Numbered from the stretch's first letter, positions 31,529 to 40,969 are shown. The stretch: 64,000 nt of DNA from Betaproteobacteria bacterium (GCA_009377585.1 WHTS01000004.1:11874-75873); one strand, 5' to 3'. Notes: generated by a model not told the origin, from the sequence alone. Numbers and translations: made by a program.

Positions 31529-32503
31529 CTAATCGAGCCTGATGCCGGCCTCGCGGATGACCTTGCCCCACCGCTCGTGCTCCTTTCGCACCCTTATTGC
31601 GAAATCGGCCGAGGTGCTGCCCACCGGCGTCAGACCTTGCAGACGGAATGCCTCCGTGAGCTTGGGGTGGCGCACGATGGTCGCCACCTCGCTGCTCAGA
31701 CGCGCGACGATATCGCTCGGCGTACCCGCGGGCACGAACAGACCGAACCAGACCAGCGCCTCGTAGCCCGGCAGGCCGCTTTCGGCAATGGTCGGCACTT
31801 CGGGCGCGACCTCGACGCGCTGCAGGCTGCTTACGCCCAGGACGCGAATCCTGCCGGCCTTCATGTGCGGAAGCGTCGTCAGCACGACATCGAACATAGG
31901 CGAAAGATGTCCGCCGAGCAGGTCGTTCATCGCCGGGCCGGTTCCCTTGTACGGCACGTGAACCATGTCGATCTTGGCCATAGAGCGAAACAGCTCCATC
32001 GCCATGTGCGCGGTCGTGCCCTGGCCGGCGGTGCCGAAGTTGAGCTCCCCCGGGCGCGCCCTGGCGAGCGCGATCAGCTCCTTCACGCTGCGCGCCGGGA
32101 TGGACGGATGGACGTCCAGGAACTGCGGGTTGTAGGCGACCTCCGAGATCGGAATGAAGTCGCGCAGTGGGTTGTAGGGCAGCTTGCTGTACAAGTGGGG
32201 CGCGACGGCATGCGTGGTGTTGGTGCCCATGAGCAGCGTGTAGCCGTCGGCCGCGGACTTCGCCACATGGTCCGCACCCACCACCCCGGCGCCGCCGGGC
32301 CGGTTGTCGACGATGACGGGCGAGCGCATCGACTCGTTCAGGCGCTGCGCGATGTTGCGCGCCAGGATGTCGGTCGAGCCGCCGGCGGCGAACGGGACCA
32401 CGATCCGTATCGGCTTCGACGGATAGGGCTCCGCCGCCTGCGCCGGAAGCGACGGCGGCAGAAAGGCTGCAGCAAATGCCAGCAGGATGCAGCGACGGGA
32501 CAT
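31529..32503 (-). CDS. Bug/TctC tripartite tricarboxylate transporter substrate-binding protein
   Basis: YPSKPIRIVVPFAAGGSTD, VDNRPGGAG, ADGYTLL, VPYKGTGPA, W.GLFVPAGTP. Confidence 0.93.
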   Translation of the reverse strand: MSRRCILLAFAAAFLPPSLPAQAAEPYPSKPIRIVVPFAAGGSTDILARNIAQRLNESMRSPVIVDNRPGGAGVVGADHVAKSAADGYTLLMGTNTTHAVAPHLYSKLPYNPLRDFIPISEVAYNPQFLDVHPSIPARSVKELIALARARPGELNFGTAGQGTTAHMAMELFRSMAKIDMVHVPYKGTGPAMNDLLGGHLSPMFDVVLTTLPHMKAGRIRVLGVSSLQRVEVAPEVPTIAESGLPGYEALVWFGLFVPAGTPSDIVARLSSEVATIVRHPKLTEAFRLQGLTPVGSTSADFAIRVRKEHERWGKVIREAGIRLD

Positions 32504-32670
32504 GGATACCCTCGGTGCCAAGCTTCGAGCCCATTCTCGCACAAAGCGCATGGCGCCTTCCCCGACTCGAAGTGCGCCCGCCGCTCCAGCGCCGAGCGCG
32601 GTGTATCATCGCCGCACGATTTCGCACCGCTGCGGCGCGCGCCGCCCGCATTCAATCGAGGTAACGCATC

Positions 32671-33519
32671 ATGCCTTCCCAGGACACCAACATCATGGCG
32701 CTTTTCTGCGACTTCGAGAACGTCGCGCTGGGCGTGCGCGACGCGCGCTATCCCAAGTTCGACATCGACAAGGTGCTGGAGCGCCTGTTGCTCAAGGGCA
32801 ACATCGTCGTCAAGAAGGCATACTGCGACTGGGAGCGCTACAAGGAGTTCAAGGCCGACATGCACGAGGCCTCGTTCGAGCTGATCGAGATCCCGCACGT
32901 GCGCCAGTCGGGCAAGAACTCGGCCGACATCCGCATGGTCGTGGACGCGCTCGACCTGTGCTACACCAAGGCGCACGTGGACACGTTCGTGGTCATCAGC
33001 GGCGATTCCGACTTCTCGCCGCTGGTGAGCAAGCTGCGCGAGAACAACAAGGTCGTCATCGGCGTGGGCGTGAAGAACTCCGCCTCCGATCTGCTGATCG
33101 CCAATTGCGACGAATTCATCTATTACGACGACCTGGTTCGCGGCCAGCAGAAACGCAAACCGAGAAAGAAGGCCGCGCCCGCCCAGGCCGAGAAAGCGCC
33201 AACAGCCAAGGAAGCGGCGCCGGCAGCCAAGGAACAGGCGCTACAAGACGACGAGGCCGATCGCAAGCCGCAGGCGCTCGATCTGGTGCTCGAAACCGTG
33301 GAAGCGCTCTTCGCCGAGCGCGGCGCCGAGGAAAAGATCTGGGGCTCGATGGTCAAGCAAGCGCTCAAGCGCCGCAAGCCGGGCTTCAACGAGGCGTACT
33401 ACGGCTTTCGCAGCTTCAGCAAGCTGCTGGAGGAGGCAGCCGCGAAGAAGCTGCTCGAGCTCGAGCACGACGACAAGTCCGGCGGCGTGATCATTCGAGG
33501 ATTCAATCCGGATTACTGA
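32671..33519 (+). CDS. NYN (LabA/DUF88) domain protein with C-terminal OST-HTH/LOTUS domain
   Basis: FCDFENV, KNSADIRMVVDA, SGDSDFSPL, and C-terminal MVKQALKRRKPGFNEAYYGFRSFSKLLE. Confidence 0.9.
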   Translation: MPSQDTNIMALFCDFENVALGVRDARYPKFDIDKVLERLLLKGNIVVKKAYCDWERYKEFKADMHEASFELIEIPHVRQSGKNSADIRMVVDALDLCYTKAHVDTFVVISGDSDFSPLVSKLRENNKVVIGVGVKNSASDLLIANCDEFIYYDDLVRGQQKRKPRKKAAPAQAEKAPTAKEAAPAAKEQALQDDEADRKPQALDLVLETVEALFAERGAEEKIWGSMVKQALKRRKPGFNEAYYGFRSFSKLLEEAAAKKLLELEHDDKSGGVIIRGFNPDY

Positions 33520-33599
33520 TTCGCGCGGCGCCACCGGAGCTGCGTTGCGCTGGCAGGCAGTGGCGCCGTTGGTCCGGAACCCTTGAACCGCAAGTCGCT

Positions 33600-34403
33600 T
33601 CAACGAAGCCGCAGGCCGTGACGCTCGAGGCAATCGAGCGCTACCAGGGCAGCATCGACCGTATAGGGCGCATCGCCTTCGAGCTCGCGGGCGACCTCCT
33701 GCAACGACAAGCGGCGGAATTCGGCCACCTCCCCGTCCTGGTTGAGCGGCGCGAAGTCGCCCGGCAGATCGAGGTCGTAGACATGAATGATCTCGGCATG
33801 CAATCCCTCGGGCACTTCGCGCAGCACGCGCAAGGTATTCGCTGCACGCGCCGCGCGTGCAAGCCGCTCGCCGATGCCCGCCTCTTCCCAGGCTTCCTTC
33901 ACCAGCGTCGCCTCGATCGAGAGTCCGCTCGCGAGCCCGCCGCCGACCATGTTGTCCAGCATGCCGGGATCGATCGCCTTGTGCGGGCTGCGGCGTGCGA
34001 TCCACATCGCCGCACGCCCGTCCGTTTGCGTCACCCCGTTCACATGCACCGCGCGGGCGGTGAAGCCGAAAAAGCGCACCGCGCAGCGTTCGAGCACAAA
34101 TGCAGCCGAGCCGCCATCCTCGCAGGCGATATCGTAGGTTTCGTCGCGCCACGCCGAAAGCCGGCCCTCGATGGCAAACCGATGCGCGATCCGAGCCATC
34201 GCTTCGCTGCGCTCGACATGCGTGGCGAGCGCGGGACGAAAGCCGATCCCGGCTTCGCCAACGACCAGGATCTCGTCGAAGCGGCGCAGCAACTCGGCAT
34301 GGTCGTGCCGGACATGGCCGAGAACCCGGCCGTCCGCCACGAACGGGACGAAACGCGAGGCATCGAACGACCGTGCGGCCTGGAGGCGTTCCTGTCGGCC
34401 CAC
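33600..34403 (-). CDS. NUDIX hydrolase with DUF4743-like N-terminus (start approximate)
   Basis: WRDETY, GFTARAVHVNG, WIARRSPHKAIDPGMLDNMVGGG, Nudix box KEAWEEAG, QDGEVAEF. Confidence 0.85.
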   Translation of the reverse strand: MGRQERLQAARSFDASRFVPFVADGRVLGHVRHDHAELLRRFDEILVVGEAGIGFRPALATHVERSEAMARIAHRFAIEGRLSAWRDETYDIACEDGGSAAFVLERCAVRFFGFTARAVHVNGVTQTDGRAAMWIARRSPHKAIDPGMLDNMVGGGLASGLSIEATLVKEAWEEAGIGERLARAARAANTLRVLREVPEGLHAEIIHVYDLDLPGDFAPLNQDGEVAEFRRLSLQEVARELEGDAPYTVDAALVALDCLERHGLRLR

Positions 34404-34419
34404 GTCGGACCAGCTCGCC

Positions 34420-34770
34420 CTATTTGGCCGCGCTGACCGTGATCTCGACCAGCGCGTCGGGCGAGAACAGGGCGACGCCGCCGACACAGGTTCGGGCGGG
34501 CGCCGCACCGGGCGCGGTCCAGGCATCCCAGACTTCGTTCATCGCCTTGTAGTCGTCCATCGACTTGAGATAGACGATGGCCGTGAGCAGCTTCGATTTG
34601 TCGCTGCCGGCACGCGCCAGCATCGAGTCGATATTCGCGAGCACCTCGCGCGTCTGCTGGCGTATGTCGCCTTGCAGATCGTCGGCGACCTGGCCGCACA
34701 AGTACACCGTGTCACCGTGCACGACTGCTTCACACAGCCGCTTGCTCACTTCGATGCGTTCGATCGTCAT
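34420..34770 (-). CDS. RidA/YjgF/YER057c/UK114 family protein
   Basis: VYLCGQVA, QQTREVLANID, MNEVWDAW...APARTCV, LVEITVSA; start overlaps the encapsulin stop (ATGA). Confidence 0.9.
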   Translation of the reverse strand: MTIERIEVSKRLCEAVVHGDTVYLCGQVADDLQGDIRQQTREVLANIDSMLARAGSDKSKLLTAIVYLKSMDDYKAMNEVWDAWTAPGAAPARTCVGGVALFSPDALVEITVSAAK

Positions 34771-35636
34771 CCTCGGCGTTCTCTATTTGCGGCTCGATTC
34801 GATGCGGCCGCTCCGGTGCGCCCTTCCGAAGCGCTCGGATACCGCAGCGGCACGGCCGCTTCCGGCGCCAGCACTCGGAATGTGAAGCTCTCCTGGAGGT
34901 ACAGCCGTACCGTGGTGGCCGTGTGATCGAGATAGCCGATCGAGAAATCCTGACCGACTGCAAGCTCGAAGTCGCCGCCGCGCAGGCTCATCACGATCGC
35001 GCCGTCCGCTGCGGGCGCCCACACGATCGGTCCGTCCAGCAGCCTGCGAACGTGCTCCATCACCGGATAACCGCCCTTGGTGGTACGGGTGAGACCCGCG
35101 AAGCAGCGTGGGCCGAGTGCGATCGCATAGGGACCGCCGACGCCCGCGCCGCGCAGCTTGTTGGTCGCCTCGGCGACCACTTGAGGATAAGCCTCGTAGT
35201 CCTCGCTCAACGTGAGATTGCTGGACGCCGACGCTTCCGCGATTCCCGCGATATGCGCTTGAGGATAGCCCAGGAATATGGCGCGATCCTCCGCGATGGC
35301 GGCGGCGCGCGCGGCATGGCGCACCGGATCGAGATTCGGATCCTGCGCACCGCGGCCGATCGCCTCCAGCTCCTGACGGGAGAGCTCGAACGGCACACGC
35401 AGCTCCACCAGCGTGCGCGCCTTGCGCAGCCGGCCCTCGACGCCCTTCTCGATCGGGCTCGCCAGGTCTTCGACGCGCCCGTCGCTCAACGCCGAGACAT
35501 CCGAGCCGAGCGGGCCGTTGAAGTCCACCAGCCGTCGCGCCGCCAGCATGAGCTTGAGCGTGCGTTTGGCTTCGTTGTCGATCTGCGCCCAGGCCTCGGG
35601 CGTGATGGGGGCGAGCTCGCGCAACAGGTTGTTCAT
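34767..35636 (-). CDS. Family 1 encapsulin shell protein (Linocin M18-like)
   Basis: MNNLLRELAPIT..AW.QID.EAKRTL...LAARRLVDF.GP.G, AIAEDRAIF.G, GPYAIALG, RGGDFEL.VGQD.SIGY, ESFTFRVL.PEAAV. Confidence 0.95.
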   Translation of the reverse strand: MNNLLRELAPITPEAWAQIDNEAKRTLKLMLAARRLVDFNGPLGSDVSALSDGRVEDLASPIEKGVEGRLRKARTLVELRVPFELSRQELEAIGRGAQDPNLDPVRHAARAAAIAEDRAIFLGYPQAHIAGIAEASASSNLTLSEDYEAYPQVVAEATNKLRGAGVGGPYAIALGPRCFAGLTRTTKGGYPVMEHVRRLLDGPIVWAPAADGAIVMSLRGGDFELAVGQDFSIGYLDHTATTVRLYLQESFTFRVLAPEAAVPLRYPSASEGRTGAAASNRAANRERRG

Positions 35637-36010
35637 CGCCCCGTCTCCTCGCGCAAGCTGCCGATGCCGAGCGAGCCATCGCCTGCGCCCGCTGCCTCCG
35701 ATTCGCCTTCCAGCTCGTGCTCGCGCTCGATCGGCGATTTCTGCTGGAAGAGGTAGTTGCGAAGGTGCTCGTCCAGTTTGGGATCGCGGCGGCGCAGCCA
35801 CTCGAGCACCATCGACGCGTGCTCTTTCTCCTCGTCGCGGTTGTGGGCGAGGATCGCGCGCAGCTCGTCGTCGTGCGCCGCCTTCACGCGCTGGTCGTAC
35901 CAGTCGACTGCTTCCAGCTCCTCGTTGAGCGAGGCGATCGCGCGATGCCGGTCGCGCGTTTCCGGATCGAGCAGGTCTTCGTTCTCGTGGAATCCGACGC
36001 TTTGCGTCAT
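35633..36010 (-). CDS. Encapsulin-associated ferritin-like protein (Flp/EncFtn cargo)
   Basis: HRAIASLNEELEAVDWYDQR, HNRDEEKEHASM; C-terminal targeting peptide DGSLGIGSLR; stop overlaps the encapsulin start; AGGAG RBS. Confidence 0.95.
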   Translation of the reverse strand: MTQSVGFHENEDLLDPETRDRHRAIASLNEELEAVDWYDQRVKAAHDDELRAILAHNRDEEKEHASMVLEWLRRRDPKLDEHLRNYLFQQKSPIEREHELEGESEAAGAGDGSLGIGSLREETGR

Positions 36011-36189
36011 GCTTGTTCTCCTGTCGGTCGGTCGTAGTGCCACACTTTATACGGCAGCAACCGAGGCTGCCAAGACTTATCACTTATCGTGCTCGAAGCG
36101 AGCCGCACTCGTACTTGCTTGAAAGCACTTCCCTTGACGTTGCTCGAAGCCGCCTGCCCGCACGGCTCCTGCCCAGGCGCAGCAGTGCT

Positions 36190-37356
36190 TCACCCCGTGA
36201 GCTGCGACAGGACCCGGTACAGGTCGGCCTTGACCTCGAAGCCGATGCCCGGTGCGTCGGGCAATCGCACCCGCCCATCCTCGACCGGCACGGCGTCGGC
36301 AAATCCGCCGAAGGGCTGGAACACGCCCGGGTACGATTCGTTGCCGCCGAGCCCCAGTCCGGCCGCGATGTTGAGCGACATCTGGTGTCCGCCGTGCGGG
36401 ACGACCCGCCGGCTCGACCAGCCGTGCTCGCTCAGCATGGCGAGCGTGCGCAGATACTCCACCAGGCCGTAGGAGAGCGCGCAATCGAACTGCAGCCAGT
36501 CGCGGTCGGGGCGCATGCCGCCATAGCGGACGAGATTGCGCGCATCCTGCATCGAAAAAAGGTTCTCGCCGGTAGCGAGCGGTCCTTCGTAGTGCCGCGA
36601 GAGCTCGGCGTGCAGGCGGTAGTCGAGCGGATCGCCCGGTTCCTCGTACCAGAACAGCTTGTACGGGGCGAGCGCCCGTCCATAGCGCAAGGCGGTTTCG
36701 AGATCGAAGCGGCCGTTCGCATCCACGGCCAGCCGCTCGCCCGAGCCGACCACCTCGAGCACTGCGTCGATGCGGCGCAGATCGTCCTCCAGGCTCTCGC
36801 CGCCGATCTTCATCTTGACCACGCGATAGCCGAGGTCGAGGTAACGGCGCATCTCGTCCTGGAGCGCCGAGACGTCCTTGCCCGGATAGTAGTAACCACC
36901 CGCCGCGTAGACGAACACGCTCGCATCGCATTCGCCGTTGCGATAGCGCTCGGCGAGCAGCCGGTACAAGGGCTTGCCTTCGATCTTGGCCACGGCATCC
37001 CACAGCGCCATGTCGAGCACGCCCACCGCCACCGAGCGCTCGCCGTGGCCGCCGGGCTTCTCGTTGATCATGAGCCGCTGCCACACCTTGTGCGGATCGA
37101 TGTTGTCGCGCTCGGAGTCGATCAGCGTTTCCGGCTCGGCGCTCATGAGCCGCGGTATGAAGCGCGTGCGCAGCAGGCAGCTTTGGTCGTAGCGGCCGTT
37201 GGAATTGAAGCCGAAGCCGACCACCGGCTTGCCGTCGCGCACGACATCGGTGACGACCGCGACGATGCTCGCGGTCATGAGGCTGAAATCGATGTAGGCG
37301 TTGCGAATGGCCGAGGCGATCGGTACAGCCGCCTCGCGGATGGCAACGATTCTCAC
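36190..37356 (-). CDS. tarD: Mandelate racemase-family enzyme, probable D(-)-tartrate dehydratase
   Basis: IRNAYIDF..MT.S.VAVVTDV, GFNSNGRY, INEKPGGHGERSVAVG, VYAAGGYYYPGK, KMKIGG, FWYEE, ATGENLFS, DWLQFDCALSYG, PHGGHQM match my recollection of Bradyrhizobium TarD along its length; 388 aa from a GTG start. Confidence 0.8.
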   Translation of the reverse strand: MRIVAIREAAVPIASAIRNAYIDFSLMTASIVAVVTDVVRDGKPVVGFGFNSNGRYDQSCLLRTRFIPRLMSAEPETLIDSERDNIDPHKVWQRLMINEKPGGHGERSVAVGVLDMALWDAVAKIEGKPLYRLLAERYRNGECDASVFVYAAGGYYYPGKDVSALQDEMRRYLDLGYRVVKMKIGGESLEDDLRRIDAVLEVVGSGERLAVDANGRFDLETALRYGRALAPYKLFWYEEPGDPLDYRLHAELSRHYEGPLATGENLFSMQDARNLVRYGGMRPDRDWLQFDCALSYGLVEYLRTLAMLSEHGWSSRRVVPHGGHQMSLNIAAGLGLGGNESYPGVFQPFGGFADAVPVEDGRVRLPDAPGIGFEVKADLYRVLSQLTG

Positions 37357-37631
37357 GCTGTGCTCCAGAGTATTGCGCCGATTATTGATGATCCGCAAAG
37401 CGGCTGGCAAGCCGCGGCACTGTCACGCCCTCGTCCGCCGACCGCCCCATCGTCCCAGCCCCGATGAAACATCCGGGCTAGTCCGGCAGCTAGTCCTTCT
37501 GCCGTATTCAGCGCCGTTCAGCGCTCTGCTGCAATGGCGCCGTGGTGCACGCAGCCAAAGCCGAATCGCGCAACGTCGGCATCGACCGGTGCACTGCGCC
37601 ATCCGATTATCAACGACGAAAGGAGCACGAC

Positions 37632-37934
37632 ATGAAACGCATCGTCATCGCAGCAAGCGCCCTCCTCATGGCCGCGGGCCACAGCGCCTTCGCGGCTGAA
37701 GGCGCGGGCAACAAGCCTCAGACCACACGCATGAGCCAATGCAGCGCCGACGCCAAGGGAAAGGGGCTCAAGGGCGACGCGCGCAAGGAGTACATGAGCC
37801 AGTGCCTGCGCAACCCGGCCGCGCGGACCGCGGCCAAGGAATGCGGCAGCGCCGCGGCCGAGAAAGGCTTGAAGGGCGCGCAGCGCAAGGCCTTCGTCAG
37901 CGACTGCGTCAAGAGCAAGGCCAGCGCGGGATAA
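37632..37934 (+). CDS. psiF: PsiF-repeat secreted protein
   Basis: Signal peptide; two repeats QTTRMSQCSADAKGKGLKGDARKEYMSQCL / ECGSAAAEKGLKGAQRKAFVSDCV; AGGAG RBS. Confidence 0.85.
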   Translation: MKRIVIAASALLMAAGHSAFAAEGAGNKPQTTRMSQCSADAKGKGLKGDARKEYMSQCLRNPAARTAAKECGSAAAEKGLKGAQRKAFVSDCVKSKASAG

Positions 37935-38047
37935 CGAAGAAGGCGTCAGGCACGGCGGGCGAGCGGGGGGACTCGCCGCCCGTCCGTTGCATGCCTGGCG
38001 CCGCTCAGGCGAGGATCACGCTGAACTGCGGCAGCCGTCGGCTGCGA

Positions 38048-39064
38048 TCAGGCGCTCTCTTGCGCCAGCATGACCCGGTTGCGGCCGGCTTGCTTGGCGT
38101 CGTACAAGGCGCGGTCCGCAGCCTGGATCAGCTCGTCCAGACTCCAGCCCTCGCGCCACTGCGCGATACCGATGGAGACGCTGACCCTGATCGTGGCGCG
38201 TTGCGCAATGGCCGTCTGGCATTGGCCGATCGCGAGGCGCAGGCGTTCCAGCGCCGCAACCGCTGCCGGCAATGCCGTTTCGGGCAGCAGGACCGCGAAC
38301 TCTTCGCCGCCGTAGCGCGCGATCAAATCGCTCGGGCGCAATTGCTTCAGCATGACGCGCGCGACCTGCGCCAGCACACGGTCCCCGGCCTGGTGACCAT
38401 AGCTGTCGTTGACCGACTTGAAGCGATCGATATCGAGCATCGCCAGGCACGACGGCAGGCGCGCACGCGCGCAACGATCGATCTGGCGGATGAACATGTC
38501 GTTGAGCCAGCGGCGATTGTGCAACCCCGTCACCGGGTCCATGGTCGAGATGGTGCGCAGCTGCGCCTGCTGGCGATAGCTTTCGAGCACCGCGACGTTG
38601 TTGCGCCGGATGCGCTCGGCCAGAATGTGCATCAGGTTCAATGCGACCGCGGGCTCGTCGGCCATCAGCTCCCACAGGTGCGCCGCATTCGTCACCAGCA
38701 GGCGCGAAGGCTCGAGCGCAACGACCGACGCGGAGGCCGCCTCGTCGTCGATGATGGAGATCTCGCCCACGCACTCGCCCGGCTCGACGTGCGCAACCGG
38801 AATGCGTGCGTCATCGTCGAGAAAAATGGCGAGGCGACCCGCGACCAGAAGGTAGATGTTGGCGTTGCGCTGTCCGTGCTCGAGCAGCACCGCGCCGGGA
38901 CGAAGGCTCACCTCGCCGTTGGGCTTCAAACGTTCCAGCAGCCGTTCGCGTGCCACGCCACGGAACAGGCGCGAGGCTGCCAACGTGCCCAGCTCGCCCG
39001 CATTGAGCGCGGGCCGAGCCTCGCCTGCTTCGAAAAACCGCGTTGCCAGCTCCTCCGCCCCCAT
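38048..39064 (-). CDS. Diguanylate cyclase with N-terminal cyclic-nucleotide-binding (Crp-like) domain
   Basis: GECVGEISII beta-barrel segment; DPVTGLHNRR, LDIDRFKSVNDSYGHQAGD, RPSD I-site, ARYGGEEF. Confidence 0.9.
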   Translation of the reverse strand: MGAEELATRFFEAGEARPALNAGELGTLAASRLFRGVARERLLERLKPNGEVSLRPGAVLLEHGQRNANIYLLVAGRLAIFLDDDARIPVAHVEPGECVGEISIIDDEAASASVVALEPSRLLVTNAAHLWELMADEPAVALNLMHILAERIRRNNVAVLESYRQQAQLRTISTMDPVTGLHNRRWLNDMFIRQIDRCARARLPSCLAMLDIDRFKSVNDSYGHQAGDRVLAQVARVMLKQLRPSDLIARYGGEEFAVLLPETALPAAVAALERLRLAIGQCQTAIAQRATIRVSVSIGIAQWREGWSLDELIQAADRALYDAKQAGRNRVMLAQESA

Positions 39065-39156
39065 GTCTCCCCTTGCGCACGGTTGTTGGTCCGAGCAGCA
39101 AAACTATCACCGGCGGCGCGCCTCGAACGGGTGAAATAGCGGGCGGATTGGGCGCT

Positions 39157-40551
39157 TCAGCCCAAAAAGGCGCGGGCGTCGGCCTGGTCGTGCAGATGCC
39201 AGATGCGTGCGATGACTGTGCGCATTTCGGCTTCGCTCGCGCCGCCCGCGTATGCCGCCAGCCGCATCGCCTTGTCCTCGAGCTCGGGACGCGACAGGGT
39301 GTTGTCCGGATCGCCCTTGGGCGTATCGACGCGCTGCGCCACGGTTCGGCCGTCGTGGGTGCGGATTTCGACCTTGCCGATCCAGCGCTTCGGATACGCC
39401 GTGTCGACCTCGCTGTCGAGCTTCATGCCGACCTTGTCGTGGAAGCTGCGCAGGCGCGGGTCGCGCAGTGCAGCGTCGGTGAATTCGCTCAAGCCCGCGC
39501 GCCCGTGCAGCGCGATGTTGGCCAGGACGAACCCCATCGAGAACTTGGACTGGTGCACCGTCTGCGGATCGGTGACCGGACCGAGCACGTCGATCGCGCC
39601 CTGGTGCACCAGCGCGGTGACGCGCGCAATGTCGTCCGCGCGCAGCCGCTCGCGCCGCATGCCTTCCAGCAAGGCGTCGGCCGCGGGGTGCGTATGGCGG
39701 CACGAAGCATGGAACTTGAACGAGGTCTCGGCGGTGGCCCAGCGGCTGCCCAGGCCGTCGACCAGCCGAGAAGGATCGGCGTCGGTCGACATGCCCGCGC
39801 CCATGCCCTGTGGCCCCTCGAAAATGCGGGCCGCTCCGGTGAAGCCGTCGCGGGCGATGTATGCCGCCATCAACCCGTCCGCCGCCGCTTTGGCGGTATG
39901 CAGCTGCTTGGAATCGGCGGCGTCGCGCAGGAACTCCCACAGCCCGGCTGCCATCGTTCCGGCCGAGCCCAGGCAATGATTCATGCGCTGCGCATCCAGG
40001 CCGAGCAGCCGCCCCACCGCGGCCGCCGCCGCGAGCTTGCCGGCCGTGCCGGTGGTGTGGAACACCTTGTAGTGCGAGCGGCCGAGGAATTCGCCGACGC
40101 GAACGCCGCACTCGTAACCCGCGACGGCCGCGGTGATCAGCGCCTTGCCGCTGGCGCCGATTTCCTGCGCTACCGCCAGCACGGCGGGAAAAACGACCGT
40201 GGCCGGATGCAGCACGGAGCTGTTGTGCAAGTCGTCCTGCTCGACGAAGTGCGAAGCCGCGCCGTTGACGAGCGCGGCGAACAGGGCCGAGGTCTTGCCG
40301 CGTGACGTGAACACCTCGGCGGGTCCGGTGGCGGGTCCCATGGTCGCCGCGAACCGTTGCATGACTTCGGTAGGTCGTGCGCCCTTGCCGGCGAGCGCGG
40401 ATGCGAACCAGTCGAGGAACAGGTCTTCGGTGCGCGCCACCACGGATTGCGGAATGTCGTCGAAGCGCAACCCGGCGAGGAATTCGGACAGGACGAGGCT
40501 GGGCTGCGCCGCAACCGGATGGATGGGATTCGCCTCGAGCGGCTGGGGCAT
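39157..40551 (-). CDS. MmgE/PrpD family protein
   Basis: NGAASHFVEQDDLH, LHPATVV, FHTTGTAG, SKQLHTAKAA, FKFHASCRHTHP, SKFSMGF, PKGDPDN. Confidence 0.9.
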   Translation of the reverse strand: MPQPLEANPIHPVAAQPSLVLSEFLAGLRFDDIPQSVVARTEDLFLDWFASALAGKGARPTEVMQRFAATMGPATGPAEVFTSRGKTSALFAALVNGAASHFVEQDDLHNSSVLHPATVVFPAVLAVAQEIGASGKALITAAVAGYECGVRVGEFLGRSHYKVFHTTGTAGKLAAAAAVGRLLGLDAQRMNHCLGSAGTMAAGLWEFLRDAADSKQLHTAKAAADGLMAAYIARDGFTGAARIFEGPQGMGAGMSTDADPSRLVDGLGSRWATAETSFKFHASCRHTHPAADALLEGMRRERLRADDIARVTALVHQGAIDVLGPVTDPQTVHQSKFSMGFVLANIALHGRAGLSEFTDAALRDPRLRSFHDKVGMKLDSEVDTAYPKRWIGKVEIRTHDGRTVAQRVDTPKGDPDNTLSRPELEDKAMRLAAYAGGASEAEMRTVIARIWHLHDQADARAFLG

Positions 40552-40969
40552 GATGGTAGGTCTCCTGACTGGCGGCCCCGGCTCGCGCGGGACTGCGGTG
40601 GTGCATTTGCGAATGATGGCGGCGGTCAGCACGATGTTAGCGCTTCGCTGCGGCCGGCGCCGAAGCCGGAGCCAGCGCAGCATTCTGGCAAGCCGCGCGG
40701 CTGCGCTCGGCACGCGCCTCTTTGACAGCTGCCGGGTAATAATGCATTGTATTTGCCTCGCTGGGCCATGAATTTACGACGCAATCGAAGCGCAAGCGTC
40801 CGCATTACGGGCACAGCGGTGAAGCCGCATCCTGCCCCCGGCGATCGTGGTGCGCCGTGACGCGCGCGATTGCCGAACCGGACCGAGCAAAAGCAAGGCG
40901 CCCGAATCGAGTCAACCCGGCGTGGCAGAATAGGGTGCTGGCGCAGCACCGGATTTTGGAGTTGATGAA

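Noticed and set aside
34767-35636. Prophage capsid or bacteriocin
   Set aside because: The HK97-fold protein is paired with a ferritin-like cargo carrying the targeting peptide; no phage genes are nearby.
36074-36089. Fur box upstream of the flp-encapsulin operon (GATAAGTGATAAGT on the minus strand)
   Set aside because: The period is 7 rather than 6 and the second half of the palindrome is missing; too weak to call.
37477-37496. GCTAGTCC direct repeat as a Pho box for psiF
   Set aside because: Does not resemble CTGTCAT half-sites, and the period is 12 rather than 11.
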